Shown one piece after another: positions 60,601-64,000 of a stretch of DNA of 64,000 bases. Positions within the stretch are counted from its first letter, which is position 1. Every line of letters begins with the position of its first letter. The position numbers were made by a program, and so were the translations under genes. The notes under the pieces are model-generated. The model worked only from the letters and a program-made list of their open reading frames with translations, did not search any database and was not told where the DNA came from. Origin of the DNA: an uncultured Arcobacter sp. (lineage in GTDB: Bacteria; Campylobacterota; Campylobacteria; Campylobacterales; Arcobacteraceae); assembly GCA_965140705.1 (NCBI GenBank), contig OZ223300.1, forward strand, positions 1,408,001 through 1,472,000, in the 5' to 3' direction.

Positions 60601-63600
60601 AGCTGCAGGAACACTAGAAAATATTGCTAATATTATTGATGGTAGTGATGGATTTGATACTGTTAGTTATGAATATTATAGTTCAGGACTTACTATTGAT
60701 TTGGGAGCTGGTGCTGTTGCAACTGGTGATAATGATGTTTTAATCTCTATTGAAAAAGCAATAGGTGGAACTGGCGATGATACTTTTAAAACAAATACAG
60801 CAGTTAGTAATACTTTTGATGGAATAGCAGGTAGTGATACAATTGATTATTCAACACTAGCTTCAAATCAAGGAATCAATGTAACTCTAAATGGAAGTAC
60901 TCCAGTTACTGTTAATATTGCAAATGCACAAAATGATTCTATTGTAAATATTGAAAATGTTACAGGTGGAGCAGGTTCTGATACTATAAAAGGTGATACA
61001 AATAATAATACACTAAATGGTGGTTTAGGCAACGATATTATTTATGGTACAGCTGGAAATAATTCTCTTTTTGGTGGAGCTGATAATGATACTATTTTTA
61101 GTGGTACTGGAAATGATTTAATTGATGGTGGAACAGGTACAGATACGGTAAACTATTCTCAAGCAATTGCTGCTGTTAATGTAGACTTAGGTATTGAAAC
61201 AGAGCAAAATATTGGTGGAGGAATGGGCTTAGATACTTTAGTTGGTATCGAAAATGTTGTTGGAAGTAATTTTGATGATACCTTTAAATCACATTTTACA
61301 CGAAATAATAGTTTTGATGGATATGGTATTGACTCAAATGGAAATACAGTTGATTATAGTGAATTAACTGTTGATAATGCTACAGAAGATTTTGTAAAAG
61401 TTGATTTGACTGGAAATGGTTTAATTTATATTGATGGGGCATTAAGTGCAACAGATAGTTATACTAATATCCAAAATATAACAGGATCTGATGGAAATGA
61501 TACTATCTATGGAGATAGTGGAGCAAATACTCTAAGAGGTGGAGCAGGTGATGACACTCTTATGGGACGAGATGGTAATGATTATTTAGATGGTGGAACT
61601 GGTAATAATACTGCAAATTATGAGTATACAACTGGTGGAGTGGAAGTTGATTTTAAAGTTGGATTAGGATACGTAAATACGGGAGATCAAGATACTCTTG
61701 TAAATATTCAAAATGCAATAGGTGGAAGTGGTCAAGATAGATTTAAAATGGCTACAGGAGCAACTGCAAATATTATTGATGGGAATAGTAATAGTGGTAA
61801 TCTTGTTAGTTATGAATATTATACAACAGGAGTAAATGTTGACTTAGGAACAGAAGTTTCACAAGAGGTTGTAACAGGAGACTTTGATACATTAATCAAT
61901 ATTCAAAATATTAAAGGTGGAGAAGGTAATGATACTTTCAAAACTAATTTTACTGCTACAAATGAATTTGATGGTAATAGTGGAAATAATACTATGGATT
62001 ATAGTAATGCCGCTTCTAATCAAAGCATTACAGTAACTCTTGATGGTGCAAATTATAGAACAGTAACTATTACAAATGCTTCAAATGATACTATTAAAAA
62101 TATACAAAATATTATTGGTGGAGCTGGTGCTGATAATATAGTAGGAGATGGAAATAGTAATATCCTAAGAGGTGGAGCTGGTGATGATATTATTAATGGA
62201 AATGCTGGATTAAACTCTCTTTATGGTGATGCAGGTTCTGATACAATAACAGCTGGTACTGGGGATGATTTTATTGATGGTGGTTCAGATGATGACATCA
62301 TTTATGCAAACTCTGGGGCAAATATTATTTATGGTGGAACAGGCACTGATACTATTTCAAGTGGAAGTGGAGATGATACCATTTATGGTGGAACTGCTGA
62401 TGTTATAGGTACAGAAAAAGATTGGGTTAGTTTTCAAGATGCTCTAGCTAGTGTTACTGTAAATTTAAATAAATCAAGTGGAGATAGTGTTGCAGGAGTA
62501 TTTACAGGAGCTACAGGATATGCTACAAGTATTGCAACAGGTACAGATAGTCTTTTTGGTATAGAAAATATTATTGCTAGTGCAAACAATGATATTGTAA
62601 CACTTAGGGATACCCAAATAAATACTATTTATCTTTCTGGGGGAAGTGATATTGTAAAAGCTGGTAGTTCTTCATATACTGGTGGTAATACAATTGATGG
62701 TTATGGAATAACTGGAACTGAGAGTAGCTTTGACAGTGATACTATGGATTATAGTGTCTTAAGTGATAATACCAATAGTATTTCAGTTGATTTAAATACA
62801 TTAGATGCAAATGGCTTTGCTACAGTTAATTTTACGGATTCAAATATTTCAGATGATTTATTAAAAAGTATAGAAAATATAACTGGAACTGCTGGAAATG
62901 ATACTTTAATAGGAAGAGATTCTACAAACAATACTTTAATTGGTGGAAGTGGAAGCGACTTCTTGATGGGTAGAAGTGGAAATAACTATCTTGATGGTGG
63001 AGATGGAAGTTTAGGTAACTATGTAAGTTATGGATATGTTGGAAGTTCTAATAATGTAGTAGTTGACTTGACAAATCAAACGGCAAATGTAGTAGGTAGT
63101 GGATACAGTGATACTATTAGAAATATTCAAAATGCCATTGGAGGAGCTGGTTCAGATACAATCATTGGAAGTAGTGCTCAAAATACATTGATTGGTGGAG
63201 ATGGTGCCGATAAGTTTGTTATGATGGGTGAAATTGGTGATACAGTATATGCTGGAAGTTGGGATGGTACAACTCATACAGATACAAGTACACAAGATAG
63301 TATTGATTATAGTTCATATAATAATCAAGTTATTGTAAATCTTACTTCTCAAACAGCAAAAGTAGATTTATCAAATAATGATTTTGCAAGTGGTACAAAA
63401 GATGATACTTTCTTTGGCATAGAGAATGTTATTGGAACTTCTTTATCAGACACTATTACAGGTGGTGCGGGAGTTAATACAATTCATGCTGGAGCTGGAA
63501 GCGATATTATATATGCTGGAAGTGGAGCAGATATAATTTATGGTGAAGCTGGCGATGATACTATTTATATGCAAAGTGTTGCTAATTCAGCATCAAACTT

Positions 63601-64000
63601 TGTAGATGGTGGAACTGGATTTGATTTGGTTGATTATAGTGGATTAGATCAAAGAGTTGTAATTAATATGCAAGGTGTTACTAATGTAGATGTTCAAGTG
63701 GGTAATACAGCAAATCATCACACAATCACCTCTATAGAAAATATAGTTGGAACAAATCAAGATGATACAATCACTGGAAGTGATGGGGTTAATACTTTTG
63801 TTGGATTAGATGGGGTTGATAATATCTATGGAATTGCTGGAAATAATCTTATTTATGGTGGTTCACAAGAGAGAAACTCTACCTCATCAGATGGTGATTT
63901 TATTCAAGGTGGAAGTGGTAATGACACTATTTATGGAGCTGCTGGTGCCGATGATTTAAGAGGTGGCTTAGGAAATGACACAATCTTCGCTGGAGCCAAT
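48647..64000 (+). CDS. Giant RTX/Ca-binding repeat protein (>5118 aa), type I secretion substrate, 3' truncated
   Basis: TTG start with GAGG RBS (MATNNQSTQTAQK..). The same frame still reads GGLGNDTIFAGAN at base 64000, and the track lists no stop-terminated ORF in this frame. Dozens of GG.G.DT, D.VDYS and IEN(V/I)IG repeats. Confidence 0.93.
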   Translation, partial: MATNNQSTQTAQKINPQTSDVTLNDKNILDYKSDKVVIKEQPDKGENVAVYVRPGDEVDYDINGLNIDKLDYRLVGGDIVVTMPKGGHLTFVSMALMGYSDNPPSFKGVGGQSFSLGQVLSQVEEVNDLPMNSLPVEADIQHEDKVKKIVDELEEKIEKVNQIIVEQEIMNENDHKDDMVSNFDFSEPPTPNKEPEENQYTNDDPSNPIVTPGENAKVEGVLPTLTFDINIQHIESTQEITGTGTNTLLSVIGGGGSLYANDYPSSPALSELQKQTNAEDLDYSSVTNSIAKKSVITADNPDFFGENYTSRLIKLSPSQPAGFGVTVIKVSGLPGDVSIVGGTAQGNGVWLINKADALNGGFTVNPNNGEINFAIKYNTNIVGSENFEMTIEAESVWSLDNVPDSLKADAKEPVLTSITFENSYGVNIKEVDPDSPLSYRYSQVGDNSDGFVLATNLNDNIIRTGDIDTTVIGGSTTDTIFAQSGADTLNGNKGDDTIAPGLGDDTVDGGEGNDTVSYSNLAVSNVGAGVEVDLDAQKAVGSGNDTLISIENIIGSSFRDTLFGNDAVNIINGGAGNDTIDGGLGDDTLLGDAGDDTIKSGFGDNYIDGGVGTNTVDYTDLSSGVNVKLLSPTAVGFGETWGEATSNTGVDKLINIQNVIGSKFDDTFSGADNTNNIFDGNEGSDLVDYSLYTSNAINANLEEGWVLGQGTDTLKKIEAIRGTDLLAFGDTIIGSSTLGNTIYGMAGNDTIKGVGGNNTLDAGAGDDIIFSGTGDDIIDGGTGNNTLSFEDITTGGVTVRLSDTSSQDTGSAGNDTIKNIQNLKGTTSSDILGGTANDVNILDGLGGNDTADYSFLNRINSDQGISANLIDGTVDKGKSSPDQVISIENIIGTKGKDVFIGNNFANIFDGGEGDDTFTGNGGDNTLKGGSGSDTVIYSGASFGVDLSLDNSGNGSAIIGSQTDTLESIENVIGSNYADTLVSNDTNNMSNTFKGGLGNDTLDGGSGNDYLYGETGDDTIIASSGSDFIDGGSTGEVLGDTIDFSNINQKIELTLAEDGSASRVKEGDSKTLTHTIYNIENITASDLDSTLSGNSKNNTLLGGAGDDTLSGGAGTNYLDGKGGVNTVDYSSASSNVTVDLSKTSLQEVYTQGVTTVKDTLINIQNVIGSNNKDIITGSSSNNSLFGGLGDDTIVGSDGNDTLDGGDGIDVASYTTATENLNIDLGVTTPVSIGTGYGTDTFISIEGAIGGSGNDTITGTSSSNVLIGGDGDDTLLPNGSGNTGLDVIDGGAGVDFVSFDFGDANTGITLDLADSGVQNTGKGNVQILNVENVEGGGGADKLYGNSSGNTLTGLAGDDTLVGRAGNNTLDGGIGFDTADYSGVTTLNGLNINLNLGNEQVQENGNSGKDTLIGIEKIIATKNSDYIDATRISTDKMTFELGAGNDTFHGGNQNNIIYTSRQVEGSDDYTTYNNTVYSGSGSDTVIGSSGNDTFIVAQSDTLSSNGNDSFNGVSGINTIDYSQILDSDNKEETGGLNVTLDGSNTVNITLSGGNTNTIQNVSHLIGTENSDTFIGDSFNNILDGSGGSDTIFGTAGNNTLSGGSGNDSITGGTEIDTIYSGLDNDTIFSSTGNDTIYGGDGSDTFDLSSRNGEVFVNLAENRSKIDTNNNGSFDVNDENDLLYDIEKVVGNSSDNTLYGDSLNNILDGGSAGTNSLYGNGGDDTLIGSGSGKDIAYYIQASAAIYVDMTQSEQVVRDGDLGSDTLIDIDEVHGSIYADTFKGNSDNNTLRGLIGNDTFYSSAGTNVYDGGADNDLFIISSKDHGQDQLLGGTGSDTVDFSAITGLTTKGLEVTLNGNSEASSTLNDVASHKLTGIENVIGTIYNDTITGDANNNILSGFAGNNTLIGGAGDDTLKGGTGSDVASYETSTDGIKVDLTQTNFQVTDDGLLGRDKLINIDTIIGSNYSDTLKGSDSSADTFIGGTGDDWFIASAGADYYEGGATSSDTVDYSGATTKLVIDINDGSKYINSFYGTHEFTNINGIVGGSEDDTLTGNSRKNTLIGGSGDDTLLGFGGQDYIDGGIGSDFVSFAYTSRDITLDLSNINEQSYTSDPNDLITMISMENITGGAGNDTIKGNNSNNILDGGYGADTLSGLGGINELKGGMNGYELSLGTISDGTTYSFVIEGQTISYTANASDTLTTVLNNLEDAFILSKTNNNITSSNLVNDDAKLYLETDQSLGSVSNVTSDTKNFVDIADYSENTSGIKVDLSLTQDPNYQVYYNGYTGGKDKLVDIEEIWGTNYSDTFVGSNSADTIKGGGGSDTFTGGTGNDTFYGEAGEDLFISSYDDGNNVYYGGTTNETNGDTVDYSGITDTTHYVDGDLSSGTISVKLTSDDSVVKTDTITNIENLTGGAGNDTLIGDTNKNTIKGGAGNDSILVSAGADRLYGEAGDDIFIFQDGIDGTGTIIDGGNTSQTNGDTIDYSALTDGVTLRLMDSTYSGVTLGVNANNHSIRNINNIVGSQGNDTIEGDSTNNILDGNAGLSDTISFENAGSKVVVNIGSDVTISNAPTANGTYSANQALGTTIGTDTVKNFENIKAGSGDDTLIGSSIQNIIYGGIGQDFIFGAAGDDKLFGEDGNDTLAGGLGNDSIDGGEGTDTVSYFDATSVVVNLRGTTNGTGNVNYSSTTYTDKLYSVENVIGSSGNDTIQGNDADNTLDGAGGVNTVSYDGAVAGVTIDLGITGPQNTLGDGTDTLLNFDNLIGSGNDDILKGNSNSNIINGGNGADTIYGIGGANFLYGGLGDDTFIGKVLGSDFIDGESGNDKVNYSTLLSANNITVDLGNTTTFNDENANSQTVYQITINGGDSDYVKNITTFEGSQGDDSFITTTGTYSFIGGSGDDTFSGSSFTGSSIDGSNHTILSDGTQGATNAYTGKGDTVDYSNVVDKIILTLENGSDTTTVKVGGTDSDHTIKNIENIYGSNTAGDTITGNNSNNTILGQAGDDTIDGGNGSNYLDGGTNDTKGDTVSFVSAANSISVNIGSSDVVIAGTTYTANNSQLGSNTSTVKSFENILGSSYDDILIGSDLSNTIDGSDGNDVIYGGKGNNILKGGTGSDNFLMGGFFGSGNDYINKVDGESGADTIDYSLITTGSISVTLDGEEEAQVSIYSDDDRSSLITNTYDLIKNIRNIVGTSGNDSIKGDGSANELYGGLGDDILDGASGDDKLYGGEGNDTLVSVSGNNILDGGNNSANGDWVWYSQKLLALNLNMSDVDGSGYSTADFGAEKDRIIRVENIKGTSYADFIGGNSSNNILDAFRGDGNILVGSAGNDTLLGSSTGSDTFKAGILQSDDSTIDGNDGSNLIDGVGGSSNTVDYSAYASNRNIEVDLKDSGSSTVTKKLDNTTFGIDTLNNIQNITGGMGDDTISGNNQDNILKGGAGSDTIKGSAGNNELYGEAGDDLLISGSGNDIIDGGAGNNTVSYQDATGNVTVDLSDTNAQVISGGMGTDTLSLVQNAIGGDYDDTITGNTQSNTIIGGLGDDDFIATNGADTYYGGDLDANGNHSVASGEYNKVDYGNVEKVYVDLSTKLTDADGNVYSQALKSNSSNTADGFSNPYLESTDKLYGIINVNGSDNSDTLIGDSQGNELSGKAGNDILEGKDGADNLLGGAGNDTIIATSASDGIDTIDGGANSDTIDYSKLGSLNSISVNLKEADTNTTLYVTGGDNDLIKNVENVIGTAGDDTIFGNSEDNTLKGGLGADILSGAGGDDTLDGGDGFDTVDYSASSDAVTVDLDITNTDQNISTSQGNDRLISIEKVIGSSHADTFKTNYSSNNTFDGGVADSEGGDTVDYSSLNVDDATIDKIVTNDFSTITVSSDSANDSAGTANITDTFINIENIIGSAGNDTIFGNASDNTIKGGLGDDTLSGASGNDYIDGEDGSNTVSYSYVTTTSGVVVDMKDNTGIVSIGDEDTLVNIQNVIGTKNSDTIKMGTAAGTLENIANIIDGSDGFDTVSYEYYSSGLTIDLGAGAVATGDNDVLISIEKAIGGTGDDTFKTNTAVSNTFDGIAGSDTIDYSTLASNQGINVTLNGSTPVTVNIANAQNDSIVNIENVTGGAGSDTIKGDTNNNTLNGGLGNDIIYGTAGNNSLFGGADNDTIFSGTGNDLIDGGTGTDTVNYSQAIAAVNVDLGIETEQNIGGGMGLDTLVGIENVVGSNFDDTFKSHFTRNNSFDGYGIDSNGNTVDYSELTVDNATEDFVKVDLTGNGLIYIDGALSATDSYTNIQNITGSDGNDTIYGDSGANTLRGGAGDDTLMGRDGNDYLDGGTGNNTANYEYTTGGVEVDFKVGLGYVNTGDQDTLVNIQNAIGGSGQDRFKMATGATANIIDGNSNSGNLVSYEYYTTGVNVDLGTEVSQEVVTGDFDTLINIQNIKGGEGNDTFKTNFTATNEFDGNSGNNTMDYSNAASNQSITVTLDGANYRTVTITNASNDTIKNIQNIIGGAGADNIVGDGNSNILRGGAGDDIINGNAGLNSLYGDAGSDTITAGTGDDFIDGGSDDDIIYANSGANIIYGGTGTDTISSGSGDDTIYGGTADVIGTEKDWVSFQDALASVTVNLNKSSGDSVAGVFTGATGYATSIATGTDSLFGIENIIASANNDIVTLRDTQINTIYLSGGSDIVKAGSSSYTGGNTIDGYGITGTESSFDSDTMDYSVLSDNTNSISVDLNTLDANGFATVNFTDSNISDDLLKSIENITGTAGNDTLIGRDSTNNTLIGGSGSDFLMGRSGNNYLDGGDGSLGNYVSYGYVGSSNNVVVDLTNQTANVVGSGYSDTIRNIQNAIGGAGSDTIIGSSAQNTLIGGDGADKFVMMGEIGDTVYAGSWDGTTHTDTSTQDSIDYSSYNNQVIVNLTSQTAKVDLSNNDFASGTKDDTFFGIENVIGTSLSDTITGGAGVNTIHAGAGSDIIYAGSGADIIYGEAGDDTIYMQSVANSASNFVDGGTGFDLVDYSGLDQRVVINMQGVTNVDVQVGNTANHHTITSIENIVGTNQDDTITGSDGVNTFVGLDGVDNIYGIAGNNLIYGGSQERNSTSSDGDFIQGGSGNDTIYGAAGADDLRGGLGNDTIFAGAN

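Noticed and set aside
50197..62931. Minus-strand ORFs in the RTX region
   Set aside because: Antisense shadows of the Gly/Asp/Thr-rich giant ORF.

Overview
AT-rich bacterial chromosome window, most likely Campylobacterota/Arcobacteraceae (inferred from gene content and TTTAAG..TATAAT promoters). It has five parts. (1) 1-6450 is the end of a defence cluster: type III R-M, a stop-interrupted GIY-YIG gene and a toxin-antitoxin pair. (2) 6560-14033 holds thiF-like, carB, sua5-like, ATPase and acidic Ig-domain genes. (3) 14157-22868 is an 8.7-kb island in tRNA-Glu, bounded by a 45-bp att duplication, with no integrase. It carries an Avs4 anti-phage gene between an sbcC 3' stub and a DUF2779 5' stub. 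(4) 24919-33821 is an sbcD-sbcC-[helicase, FRG]-DUF2779 locus with an ERIC-like element and a second DUF2779 5' stub. The order sbcC end / variable cargo / DUF2779 start therefore occurs twice, suggesting a cargo-accreting defence hotspot. (5) 34911-64000 is a type I secretion locus with a SiiAB-like stator pair, an output-less Cache-type sensor, a TolC-SPOR fusion, a degenerate LapD-like protein and an RTX giant protein of >5118 aa that is absent from the ORF track and runs off the window. Family calls come from motifs and recalled family sequences; no searches were run.
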